Both the position numbers and the translations under genes were made by a program. The notes under the pieces are model-generated. The model did no database searches and had not been told where the DNA came from. It saw only the letters and a program-made list of their open reading frames with translations. This document shows, piece after piece, positions 1-11,940 of a DNA stretch of 62,730 bases (position 1 is the first letter of the stretch; every line of letters starts with the position of its first letter). Source of the DNA: Rhynchobatus australiae (Eukaryota); contig JAUZTB010000057.1 in assembly GCA_034780895.1 (NCBI GenBank), positions 19,820,113 to 19,882,842 on the forward strand, in the 5' to 3' direction.

Positions 1-1328
1 CTGTGAAGCCTGTGGAAGGGAATGGTGATTTCATTATGAAAAATACACAAACCAAATGAAAAAATTCTGAGGCCAAACACAATGTATTCTGAAATTTGAA
101 AAGCATATTCTAATCTAAATAAGCAACCACCATCAGTATTACCAGTTAAATGCATCTGCTGTATATCTTGTTTCAACAAAGTGAACATTGAGCAAAACTG
201 ATGTTTCATTCCTTTAAAACCAGGATTTGCTTTCAACCACTTTATTGGTAGAACAGTCAGTCTAGAGCATTAGTTAATTGATACAATTGTGTCTGGTGAG
301 AATCACTACATCAGGCTGCTGTTAAGCAACCCCTGTGAAAGTTTTCACAACTAAATCACCAGTCTGTAGACACTCAGTAGGATAAACTTACAGAATTGAC
401 TGGAGTTGATGTGCCTTTATTGTGTCCAGAATGGAGGAGTTAGGGGCCCATCACACTTAATTCCAATTATTCTTTCCAATATTTTCATATAAATGAGCTA
501 GACATTCAATAGTGTAAGATGAGAACTACAACCACATGGAGGCACGGCTGCATAAGAACATTAAGCGAACAACTTGGATTTTTACACTGGCACTTTTCCA
601 GTGTTTTACTTCCTGATCTCTGAATTTAAATTCTTGGAACTGCCTTTGTATGATTTGGATTCATGTTCTTTTGATCACACAACCAGGCGTCTGGCTGGAT
701 TAAATGAAATAAACAATTTATTTAGCTATTATTAATGGCTGGAAAAGATACATATGTATTTAAGTATAACAATAAACATTTTATATAATGGAATACCCGA
801 GTAATCCACATAAGTGTGAGAATAGAAATATTCAGATTCACTTCTAAAAATGGGGTACAGATCTAATCAACAAATCAGATTGGAAGTTTTCTCTGCCGGT
901 TATACATTATTGGCAACTGGTTATAATGTTCAACAGAAACCAATTTGTAAACTGAACAGTTATTAATAGCTAAGTGCAAATAATAAAAGCAATCATTTGC
1001 AAAATCCATACCAGCATAATAAATGTGCCGTTTTAATGGTTAAAAACATTTTTCCAGTAGGAACAGCAGAATCAAGGCACCTCCTTGTGCGCCAAGAAAA
1101 TTCTACTCAAAAATTCATCTGCTGAAAGCCAGAAATTCTACTTGTCCAGCACTTGTAGTGGACCAGTTGCCTGAAAGCTGCAGAGTCACTAGGAAGTGCA
1201 AGGTCTATTGAACATTCAACACAGAACTGTAGTATTCCTTTCAAGATATTTAGGCACATACACACTCTGATAATTCAGTGAAATAAATAAAGAGATCAGG
1301 CTGACTGGCAGAGAAAGAGCACACCAGT

Positions 1329-1600
1329 GGGTAGCACAGTGGTGCAGCAGATGGTGCTGCTACAGCACAGCATCAGTGACCAGAGTTCAATTCTGACCTC
1401 AGGTGTTTGGGAGTCTGTAGGGAGTTTGCAGGTTCCCCTTTTGACTGTTTTTTTCCCTCTGGGTGCTCTGCTTTACACCTAAATCCCAAAGATGTGTTCA
1501 TAGGTTAGCTGGCTGCTATAAATTACCCCTACTGTATGGGTGGTCAGAGAATAGAGAGGGTGGGAGTGTTGATGAACATGGGGAAAATAAATAGCTTGCA
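1329..1600 (+). mobile_element. tRNA-derived SINE (HE1/V-SINE-like)
   Basis: A-box-like TAGCACAGTGG, B-box-like GAGTTCAATTCT, then core ggagtttgcaggttc...gggtgctctg...tcccaaagatgtg. Related copies at 24040 and 51832. Confidence 0.8.
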
Positions 1601-4384
1601 AAAGAAAAAGATAGGAGAATGTCACCANNNNNNNNNNNNNNNNNNNNNNNNNNNNNNNNNNNNNNNNNNNNNNNNNNNNNNNNNNNNNNNNNNNNNNNNN
1701 NNNNNNNNNNNNNNNNNNNNNNNNNNNAGGGTAGATTTGGGGGATTGTGGAGCATTGCAACTGTTGAGGAAAATTTGAGAAATTACTCTGCACACATTGC
1801 TCAGAGGAGAGACGGCATACAGTTTAAAACAAGATAGTCTTTACTGTGCACAAAGCTTATGTTTTTAGACCATTTCTTGTGGCAATTTAATATTGGTGCT
1901 ATCCCTAAACATGAACATTTTCCTTGACATACTCATTTGAATGGTCAGTTCTGCCTGCTTTCTGATGTCATCAGGTTGATTGTGCTGTTGCACAATCTCA
2001 TTCTAACATTAGTTGTGCACAAACTAGATATCAAGCTGACTGACACAGAAACAGCAGAAAAGAGCTTGGTTACAAGCAAGATCGGTAGATGTAAAGGAAA
2101 ACTGAAAACTAATCAACTCCAACAGAAAACAATTTAGTATTGCATTAAAATAACAAAATAGTGAAGTATTCTTATTGTATCTTCTACAAAAAAAATCATG
2201 CTGCAACAATTAGTATAAAAACCAATATGTCTGCACCCAGGTAGAGTCATGTTAACACTAATTTTTCCTTCCCAATCCCACCTTGCTGGTTATAAAACAA
2301 GGGACATACAAGTGTAAAATACATTACAACATAATTCAAATGAGACAAGAAGACTATTAGCCTGTCACACTTACTTTTCTGGTCTGATTTGCAGACTCCA
2401 TAATAATACCTGTTTCTGACTAACACTGTTTAGGCACAGAATGTTTTAGTTTGAACCGGATTCCAGAACTCTCCATATGTAAATGAAGCCTAAAATTCTA
2501 AAGAAACATTTTTCATAAGAAATGGTAGAAGGAACAAGATTGCTAGGCAGTTGTTTCATGAGAAATTCTGTAAACCAAATAACGGACCAGTGATATTCTC
2601 ATAAAAGGAGAGCTCCAGGATGCAATTTCATTAACCTACAAATTGCTGCCAGGTGAGGTTCCCAGCCAGCAGTGTGTTCTTAGGAAGTCTTGCCATTATA
2701 TCCATCTGACCTGTAAAAATCACTGAGCAGTGCAAACATAAACTTTACCCTTCAAGGATTGTGGCCCTGATANNNNNNNNNNATAGAGAGTTTGAAAGTT
2801 GCGCGACACTGGGGTGCTCTAGTAGCATTTACAGGTTTGCCACTGGAGGGTGCAAGGAGAGTGGTCTGAGATAATGAATTGAGTTTCAACATGACTGAAG
2901 TATGATTCAAATACGACCTTTCCTAGCCTGAAATCTTCACTACCTCACTTCTGCTCTTTTGTTTTGCATTCCCTTCTGTTTATTCTTGTAGTGGATTTGG
3001 CCCATTTTTAAAACTTCCTTTCTAAAATCCTCTAACTTTTTATAATTCGGTCACTTTCAAACTCATTCTCGAAACCTTTTATGGTTCCTGGATGCTCCAG
3101 GTAAAGTTGGAACATAGGAATTACAAGATGAAAAAAAGACTGGTTCATCTGGCTCATGGTTATATTATACATTAAGAATTCGGTCAAACTATAATTTCTC
3201 AGTAACTCTTCCCCAATTCAATTAATCCCTATCATTACCAAACAGCATTTTTTAAAAAAATATTCCACCTTCAGATTGTTGATGTTGGATGTTCAGCAAA
3301 GTACTGGTGAGTAAAGGGTCAAATCATTCAAGTTTAAAGGATAAATCAATGCTCAGTGAACTTTTTTTAAGGCACAGATGTGGATGATGTATTGATATCT
3401 TCTAAACATTAGTTTTGTTTTTATTTGGTTACAAAGTACAGCAGGCAATATTGCCCACACATAATGCAAAGGGAATTTCCTATCAATCAAATTTCATTTC
3501 TGAACAAGCACTTACTGCTAATGTACTGTATCAGCAGTAAATCTACCAATTTTCATTCAATTATGTAGTCAATATATAACTGAATTTAAAGCCATTGATC
3601 AGATTGTACTGCATAAGGCATTATCCATTCTTGGTCTATTAAAAAGTCCCAGGATTATTAAATGAGTAGTTATTTATCAATTGGGAGACCAAAAAATATG
3701 GATTAACTGTTTTAGATGTAGCCCCTTATATAAACACAACAAGTTCTTTTTCCTTTCAGATGCAACTAAATCTGTACTTCATTGCTAATATTTAGGAAAA
3801 AAACTAAATAGAAGAAATGTGCCATTTTCCTTTTGTTTATACGAAAGCTCTATTTATAAATCTATAAAACATACAAAATACAGCGCCACACCCAGCATAT
3901 TTGGTCTGATTAAGACAAGAAATATTATTCCACCTTCAGCAGATTTTCTGTGAATAATTTATTGACTAAACTAATTTTGGGTGAGAGAAACCCTATAAAT
4001 AAACACGTGTTTATGTGTTTGGAAAAGAGAGAGAAAGAATTATGAAATTGATATAACTGTACAAGAGGTATAAACAAAAACTTGTATCTTCTTTCACAAG
4101 CTTTTCACATCAAACACTTAACAGCCAATGAAGAACTTTAAAGTAATAGTCACTGTTGAAGGTAGAAAGATGGCAGACAATTTGCAAACAACAAATTCCC
4201 AAGAACAGCAAGGTGATAATAATGAAACAATCTGTTGTTTTTGATGTTGTTGAATGAGGGATAAAAATAGGTCAAAATACCAAAGAAAACTTAACTGCTT
4301 CACTTAAAAATCTTTAAGATGGTGGAAGGACAGAGAGANNNNNNNNAAGGTCTGAGAAACTCTCTTGCTTAGCACCCTCAGGCC

Positions 4385-4450
4385 TTCCCTTTCACTCCCC
4401 ACAGATGCTGCCTGACCTGCTGAATATTTTCAGCATTTGCTGTCTTTAAC
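4385..4450 (+). repeat. Penelope-derived 3' tail fragment
   Basis: acagatgctgcctgacctgctgaatattttcagcatt is shared with copies at 28340, 52220 and 58580. Confidence 0.7.
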
Positions 4451-4554
4451 TACACCTTCATATCAGTTGTGTCTCTGCAGAATCATCGCTGGAACAGTAA
4501 CGAGCTAAAAGTGGTAGCTTCCATGCCAAGTGTGAAGCGCATACAGGCACTTCT

Positions 4555-5610
4555 TTAAAAATGACAGATGGAGCATAACATGGGGGAAATGCAAGGATAT
4601 CCAGAGTGGGAAAACAGAATCTTGTTTAAATAGAGAGAGAGACTATATAATTAAGTGGTACAAAGAGTCCTTATCCATCAAGCACAGAAAGTTAACAGTC
4701 AGGTTCAGTATGGCATTAGGAAAGCAAATGGGATGTTGGGATGTATTACAAAGGGAAAAGGAATATGAAAAAGTGGGGGAGCCTTGTTATAATTACAGAG
4801 GGCATTGGTGAGACTACACATGAGGTACTGCATACAGTTTGATCTACTTATTTAAGGATAGACATTTTCTTGCATTTGAGGCAATTCATAGAAGGCTCAT
4901 TAGATTGACTCCTGGGATGACATGGGGAAAGGTTGACCAGCTGGGCCCTTACTCTTGCAGTTTAGAAGAAGAGGTAAAACATAAAAGATTGTGAGTAAGC
5001 TTGACAAACTGAGAAGTTAACATGCACATATAGCAAGTAATTTGGAAACCTAATGGAATATTAACTGTTATTTCAAGGGATATGGAGCATTAAAATAAGG
5101 CAGTTTTGATGTATTTTTTAAAAATACGATGCCATTAAGACTACAACTGAGTACTGAATACAGTTTTGTCTTCATATTTAAAGAATGATATTTTTGCACT
5201 GGAGACAGTGCAGAGAAGGTTCATTAGATTGATTCTTGGGAATGAAGGGTTGATGTATGAAGAAAGGTTGAGCAGGTTGAGCCATTACTTATGGGATTGT
5301 AGAAGAATGAAAGGTGATCTTATTGAAACATGTACGATTCCGAGAGGAACTGATAGGAAGAATGGGTAGTTTCAGAGCAAGGGTTTGTCCATATAAGAAA
5401 GAGTTGAGAAGGAATGTCTTCTCTCAGAGGACTGTAAATCTTTGAACTTCCTAAGCAAAGCTCTTAGAAGAGCAGTCATTCAATATATTCAAGGTAGAAA
5501 TTGATAAACATTTCACCTAGAATAGTAAAGGGGTACAGTGAGAGAGCAGAAAAGTGACATTGAGGCCAAGATTGATTGGCAGGCATGAGGGGCCTCCTCC
5601 TGTTCCTTAT
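4555..5610 (+). mobile_element. Two adjacent decayed CR1 LINE 3' fragments
   Basis: ORF 5166-5369 (ALETVQRRFIRLILG...YEERLSRL...RRMKGDLIE) matches the CR1 ORF2 C-terminus. The same segment also appears at about 4680-5000, and a CR1 3' UTR ends near 5610. Confidence 0.85.
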
Positions 5611-5699
5611 GTTCTCAGTTGGAACAGAGGTTCTTTTTAAACAAATACAAGCAACCTGTAGTGCTGCTCATTGCAAGTCAGAGCATATATATTTGTACC

Positions 5700-5880
5700 T
5701 GTGTGTGTTTCTTTACATTTACATATCTCATTGCTGTTTGCGTGACTTCATTGCACAAAAATTGGTGACCTCATTTCCCTACATTGCAACATTGGCCACA
5801 TATTTAATCAGGATACAACAGACTTTTGGAAGGTCCTCAGGTTGTGAAAGACACAACGTAGACCTAGGTACTTTCTTTGC
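5700..5880 (+). mobile_element. DeuSINE-like (SacSINE1/AmnSINE-type) 3' fragment
   Basis: aaattggtgacctcatttccctacattgcaaca...ttttggaaggtcctcaggttgtgaaag resembles the recalled DeuSINE/L2 tail. Similar copies at about 21030-21320 (+) and 44160-44370 (-). Confidence 0.55.
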
Positions 5881-5893
5881 TTTTATAAACTTA

Positions 5894-6741
5894 AAGTGGC
5901 ATGCAAAAGTTTGGGCACCCCTGGTCAAAATTTCTGTTACAGTGAATAGCTAAGCGAGTAAGAGATGATCTGATTTCCAAAAGGTACATAAAGTTAAAGA
6001 TGGCATATTTCTTTAATATTTAAAGCAATATTACTTTTTTTATTTCCATCTTTTACAGTTACAAAATAACAAAAAAAGGAAAAGGGCCCACAGTAAAAGT
6101 TTGGGCGTGCTGCATGGTCAGTACTTAGTAACACCCCCTTTGGCAAGTATCACAGTTTGTAAACACTTTCTGTAGCCAGCTAAGAGTCTTTCAATTCATG
6201 TTTGAAGGATTTTTGCCTATTCTTCCTTGCAAAAGGCTTCTAGTTCTGTGAGATTCTTGGACCATCTTGCATGCACTGCTCTTTTGAGGTCTATCCACAG
6301 ATTTTCCATGATGTTTAGGTCAGGGGACTGTGAGAGCCATGGCAAAACCTTCAGCCTGTGCCTCTTGAGGTAGTCCAAAGTGGATTTTGAGGTGTGTTTC
6401 GGATTGTTATCCTGTTGTAGAAGCCATCCTCTTTTCATCTTCAGCTTTTTTTGTTACAGACGGTGTGATGTTTGCTTCCAGAATTTGCTAGCATTTAATT
6501 GAATTCATTCTTCCTTCCATCAGTGAAATGTTCCCCATGCCACTGNNNNNNNNNNNNNNNNNNNNNNNNNNNNNNNNNNNNNNNNNNNNNNNNNNNNNNN
6601 NNNNNNNNNNNNNNNNNNNNNNNNNNNNNNNNNNNNNNNNNNNNNTTTTATGACTTTGAGATCAGTTCACCTTCTACTCACTTAACTATTCACAGTAACA
6701 GAAATTTTTAGCAGGGGTGCCCAAACTTTTGCATGCGACTG
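5894..6741 (-). mobile_element. Tc1-family DNA transposon (DD34E, IR/DR type), partly deleted or gapped
   Basis: Terminal inverted repeats (TIRs): left TA|aagtggcatgcaaaagtttgggcacccctg...aaatttctgttacagtgaatag, right ctattcacagtaacagaaattt...caggggtgcccaaacttttgcatgcgactg|TA. TA flanks at 5892-5893 and 6742-6743. Transposase fragment 6217-6438 QQDNNPKH...SPDLNIMENLW has 34 residues between the catalytic D and E. Confidence 0.95.
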
Positions 6742-7139
6742 TATATGCATGTTTCCTACTGAGTACTGCCTGTCAACTAATGAGAAGCAGGTATCAGGCT
6801 GGATTCTTCTTAATCCAATTCACTGGCTGGACCTGCTCAATGCCCTGTGCTAGTTCCGATGACCACATCAATGCAAGCAAACAGTTCCTAACAACTGCAA
6901 GCAGAGCCAACCACAACTGGTGATCAGACCTCAGCACTGAAAGATAATCAGAGACATTTAAAAATGGCTAAAATGCACTTAAATAATTTTTAAAAATAAA
7001 ATTCAATCTTTAAAACATGCTAAATGACTGCTAATTAGCTAAAACACAAATATATATAAAATCAAAGGTTGTTATGTAAAATTAAAGTTCATGGCGTAGG
7101 AGGTAACATAGTGACACAGGCAGAAGATTGGCTGGTTAA

Positions 7140-7810
7140 AAGGAAACAGTCAGTATAAATGTTTTTTCCTGGTTAGCAAGACGATAGCTAAATTTACTGA
7201 TATCACACAGACAGGTAGGAAAGTAAGTTGCAAAGAGGACATCAGGCAGCTACAAAAAAGATATGGATAAGTTAAATGATGGGCAAAGATCGGGTAAATA
7301 GTGTATAATTTGGGAAAATGGGCAACTGTAAATTCTCGCAAGTAAAGTGAAAAAGCACAGTTAAATAGCTGAGATGCGAGGTACAGAGAGACCTAGTGCA
7401 TAATTCACTGAGAGCTTATAAGGAGGTACAACAACTGATCAAGAAAGCTAGCAAATTGTTATTATTTATAGTGAGGGGAAAAAGCAGGGAGGTAATGCCT
7501 CAATTATGTAGGTGAGACCACATTCTAGACAGCAGTCTCCAATTTTGGCCGCCTTATTTAAGGACGGACGGTAATGCAGCTACCTGGAATAGGTGGATTG
7601 TATTACAAGGAAGGTTGTAAGCAGAGCTTTTGAATAGTTTTAACACAGAGGTCATAGATATTTGATAAACAATGGGTGAAAGGTTAAGGGGAAATGGCTA
7701 GGCAGGAATACAAAGTCAAGGTTACAATCAGATCAGTTATATGTTGAATAGTAGAGGAGGATTGAGGGGGTTTATGGCCTACTCCTGCTCTAAATGTGAA
7801 TGTTCATACA
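7140..7810 (+). mobile_element. Decayed CR1 LINE 3' fragment
   Basis: aaatttactgatatcacacagacaggtagg (KFADDTK-like region) through gtgagaccacattctaga to the 3' UTR ggcctactcctgctc. Confidence 0.75.
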
Positions 7811-8081
7811 TTTGTAAGTAAACTAAAAGCAGCTAAACTTGCATTTTTCATGAATTTCAGCAAGTAGATTCTGTACTTTCCCACTGAGGTGCCCAGGTGG
7901 TATGAAAGTCCAGAAAGAGCTAATGAAGTTAGCTTGTCATTCTCTGCCATCGGGACAATTAGTTCACCACATTCTTCATATTTTCTATTCTCTCAGGTTA
8001 TAACTCCCCATTTTAAGTGTTTGCCCTTGTTTCATTATACATTTTTTTAAAAAAATACAGTGTAAAGAAACAAGTTCAGAA

Positions 8082-8235
8082 AAATGCAGATACTGAAAAT
8101 CTGAAATAAAAACAGAAATGCCGAAAATGCTCAGTTCTGTTCAGGGGTTATCCACCTAAAATGTTAGCTCCTTCCCTCTCCATAGATGTTGCCCAACTTA
8201 TTGAGTAGTTCCAGTACTTTATGTTTATATTAGAC
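8082..8235. repeat. Inverted pair of Penelope-derived tail sequences
   Basis: Left arm tctgaaataaaaacagaaatgccgaaaatgctcag is an imperfect reverse complement of right arm ttgagtagttccagtactttatgtttatattaga. Confidence 0.65.
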
Positions 8236-8634
8236 CTCGTGTGTTGGACACTGACAAGCTATGGATAGGAGGTGTGTATTTTTATTGTACTTTTAATACA
8301 AAAGCAGAAAAAGTAAGAAGAATTTTTATCCTCTGTGGCTGGACAGTATGGATATTCAATTCCCAACTATAACATCTTAGCTTAAGTTTCAGGGCTTCTG
8401 TTGCTTAATCTGCTGATACAAATGACAACTGGAGCTGGGAAAGGGGAAAATTTGAGAGAGAAACAAATTATTAGGATTAAATTCCTCTTAGACTTGGAGT
8501 TAAATTGGAAAAACCATTTCCAATGGCATGAAAATTTTCAGCCAAAGCATGTAGATTTAAGAAAGTTGGTAAAAGAATCAGGAATAAGGTGAGGAGATAA
8601 AAAAAACTTTGGAAATATTTAGGTTTCTAGCATC

Positions 8635-8870
8635 CTTTAAGGTCGACAACCTTTCATCAGTATTACCTTTGGCAGAATGTCTAACCAGAGCACTTTATGT
8701 ATCATTTACAAATCTTTAGTACAACAAAGATTTCCTGTAATCCAAACTGCTTTAATCACCTGCTGGCAGTTTTCATTAAAAGTCATCAGCCTGAATGTTA
8801 ACTCTTGTTTCTCTCTCTCCACAATTGCTGCCTCTCTATGTTTTTCCAGCATTTTATGTTTTAATATCAG
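8635..8870. repeat. Inverted pair of Penelope-derived tails with a hammerhead-like remnant
   Basis: Minus strand 8637-8660 reads CTGATGA-AAGGT-tgtcg-ACCTT. The plus-strand tail at 8770-8870 is ...tctctccacaattgctgcc...ttccagcattttatgtttt. Confidence 0.55.
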
Positions 8871-9809
8871 TTTTTCTGAATCAATGGTCTTTTTTTTAAT
8901 TATGGAGGCAAGCAATATTCTTAAGCAAGATTTNNNNNNNNNNTAAAAAATAATTTTTCAAAGTTTAATTTAAAATAAGTCAAAAGTTTGGGGTAAGAAA
9001 CAGTAGGCTTAATTAGGTAGTTTTTTTTCCTGATGGACTGAAAAAGCAAGATGGTGGTATTGGTTTTATTGGTGTCTCAATATTATAATTCAATGGAATT
9101 GCTCTGGAACAGGTGATTATGGCAGATTCTTCCAATATAATAAGTACAAAGATTCAGTGTCAAAGGCCACAGGTTTTTAAACCACTGCCACGCTAAACTA
9201 ATGACCACTTTGCAAAGATGAGTAAATTGTTTTGCATCTTTCTCCACCTTGCAAACAGTGGGTTCCCAACATGCATCTGGGAAACAGCTATTCATTGCAG
9301 ATACCAACATATGTGTAAATGTTTCAAATGGTGGTTAATTTAATTTAGAATTACCTTTTTCAGAAAGAGTTAAACAATACAAATCAGCAAATGGAAACCC
9401 AGACAGTAACTCAGAAACATTAGCTGAGATTGCTTGTAATTTGACTGGTTTTACTTGGCTATTATCGGTAGTCATTTCTCAATCACACACTAGATGGAGT
9501 GCTGCACATCACAATTTTCACAATACCTTTGAATGGGAGCACCCCTGTGCCAAGGCAGGTATTCATTAAGCATACAGTGTTAAATTAATTGGTTCCAGGT
9601 TAATGCTCACATTAAACAAATTCATATGGTGCACATTAACAATGTTTTTAAGTACTTCATTTAGTATCATTTTAAATATGTATTGGGCTGCAGATGTTGA
9701 GTATTTAATAAAGCATTTTCTTTGCAGTTACTTAAATTTCAGTTCTCAGATACATTTAAACAACCTGACTTAATAGAAATATATTCAATATCACACAGCT
9801 ACTAGCTGC

Positions 9810-10120
9810 AACACAAAAATAACACATTACATCTACAGCACCTTTAACATACTAAACCATCCCAAGGTGCTTCGTGCAAGTTTTATCAAATGAACTTTGA
9901 CACCATGCCATGCAAGGACAGGTGACCAAAAACTTAACATCGTCAAGGAGGTAGAGATGTTTAAGGGAAGAATTTCAGAGCTTAAAGCCTAGGCAGCAGA
10001 AGACATGGTCACCACTGGTGGGCTAAATAAAACCTGGGAATGCACATGTGGCCAGATTTAGTGGAGTGTGGAGATATTGGAGGGGTGCAGACTCACAGGA
10101 AGACACAGAAAAAGGGAGCC
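9810..10120 (-). mobile_element. Old L2-like LINE 3' fragment
   Basis: acatctacagcacctttaacat...catcccaaggtgcttc...gggaagaatttcagagcttaaagcctaggcagc resembles the recalled L2 3' end on the - strand. Confidence 0.55.
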
Positions 10121-11049
10121 TCAAGAAACCAGGGTGGAAAATAGAGGACTGACCCAGAAGAGTGGAGAATGAGAGAACAGGAGCAACAGCTGGACCTTCC
10201 TTGAATCATGATTAAAAGTGAAGTGATTGTACAAATAGCAGGTAAGTGATAGATTGGTATCTTTTGCTTTTTTTAAAAAAGTTGGAGAAGTAACTTAAAC
10301 ACACAGCATGGAAAATACAGCCTATTTTATTAAATAACTGAAAGTAGATAAATTAAATCTTTTCATACAAAACAAATCAAGATAATGTGTGAATGGAAAC
10401 ATTGAACATATAAAATAAGGCTTGATTGTGGTCTCAGGGGATGTGGTGGGTGGTATGTTGTAGCCACAGTGTGTGGAAACTGAAGGATACAGTTGTCGGT
10501 ATAACCGTACTATGCAGGATTTCCCGTACTTAAAAGGAAACTTGTCTGCCCCATGTGATTTTGACAAGGGATGTTAATTTTCCTACACAGCCAACAGAGA
10601 GTTAGGGCAGCAGGTTGGGTATCCTCAAGCCAACCAAAACACTACAGAGGGAGCATCTGGAGATGTAACTACTCAACTTGTACCAAATTTAGAGGCCTGA
10701 TACCAAGAGGTGACCAGGATTACTTCTGTGGAGTGAGGCTGTGACTACAAAGAACCAGGTTCTTTAAGTATCATAATTATTATTTCTGCAGCCTCATCAC
10801 CCTTTGTTGCCCCAGGAGGAGGTTGGGAAAAGGGTGGTCAGGAGTGATGGGGACTTAGCGGAGACTATGAGAATGACTGGGGAGACACTAGAGATTGGAA
10901 TCTCACAGATAGGTCAATTACAAACTTATCCTGCAAATGACCAGCATATTGTACCTCCCTTAATGTAGCCAAATTATATTAATATTGAACTTATTAATGA
11001 TATTAATGCTATTAATATTTAAAGTTATTTCTCATGAGTAACACTAATT

Positions 11050-11415
11050 TGCAGCAGCAAAGCGGCTAAGTTACTGGTCCAGCAGCCAAACTCTGAACAG
11101 CTGATCTAGAGACATGTTCAAATCCCACCATGGCAAATGGAAATTTAAAATAAGTAATTAAGTGAACTTGAAATGTAAAGAAAGATGGTCTAAATAACAC
11201 CAATCATGAAGTTGTTGGATTGCTGTGAAAAACCTTCTGGTTCACTAATGCACTCAGGGAATGATATGTGCCATATTTACCCAGTTGAGCTTAGATCTGT
11301 CTCCAGACCCCCCACTGTGATTGACTCCTAATTGCCACCTCAGTTCCTGAACAATTAGGGGTGGATTAAAAATGCCAGGATTGCCAGTAATATTCACATC
11401 CCATGAATTCATAAA
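11050..11415 (+). mobile_element. tRNA-derived SINE with LINE-derived tail
   Basis: B-box GTTCAAATCCC, body ctggttcactaatg, tail caattagggg...aaatgccaggattgccag...cacatcccatgaat. A minus-strand copy is at about 21620-21950. Confidence 0.7.
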
Positions 11416-11454
11416 ACATGTCAGGCAAGAACTGATTTGTAATAGCACTGCATT

Positions 11455-11940
11455 GTGCATCCAAACTCAATGTCTCATGAATTTGGTTGAGATTTTTTTT
11501 GAAGAGGTGACCATGAGGATTGATGATGGTAGGGCAGTAGACACTGTCTATATGGACTTTAGTAAGGCTTTTGACAAGGTCCCACATGGTAGGCTGGTCC
11601 AGAAGGTGAGATCACATGGGATCTAAAGTCAGCTAACCCACTGGATGCAAAATTGGCTTGGTGGTAAGAGTCAGAGGGTGGTAGTAGAAAATTGAAAGGG
11701 GACCTGAGGGGCAAGTTTTTCCATACAGAGGGTGGTGGGTATTTGGAACGAGCAACCAGAGGAGTAAGTAGAGGCAGGTACAATTACAACATTTAAAAGA
11801 CATTTGGACTGCCTTGTGGATCGGAAAGGTTTAGAAGGATAAGGGCCAAATGCAGGCATATGGGATGATCTCAGGAAGGCACCTGGAATGGACAAGTTGG
11901 GCTGAAGAGCCTGTTTCCATGCTGTATGATTTTATGACAT
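11455..11940 (+). mobile_element. CR1 LINE, internally deleted (RT start joined to 3' end)
   Basis: ORF 11372-11626 contains CLMNLVEIFFEEVT...AVDTVYMDFSKAFDKVPHGRLVQKVRSHGI (CR1 RT). At about 11690 the sequence jumps to the ORF2 C-terminus and 3' UTR (gggctgaagagcctgtttccatgctgtatga). Confidence 0.9.

Noticed and set aside
500-720. Acceptor-like tttatttcatttaatccag on - as the next SETD1B exon
   Set aside because: All three frames stop early, there is no similarity to the expected ASLTPVKS...RLPSFK exon, and no clear donor.
1329-1400. tRNA gene (A and B boxes)
   Set aside because: The boxes continue into a SINE body and no cloverleaf can be formed; the same holds at 11050.
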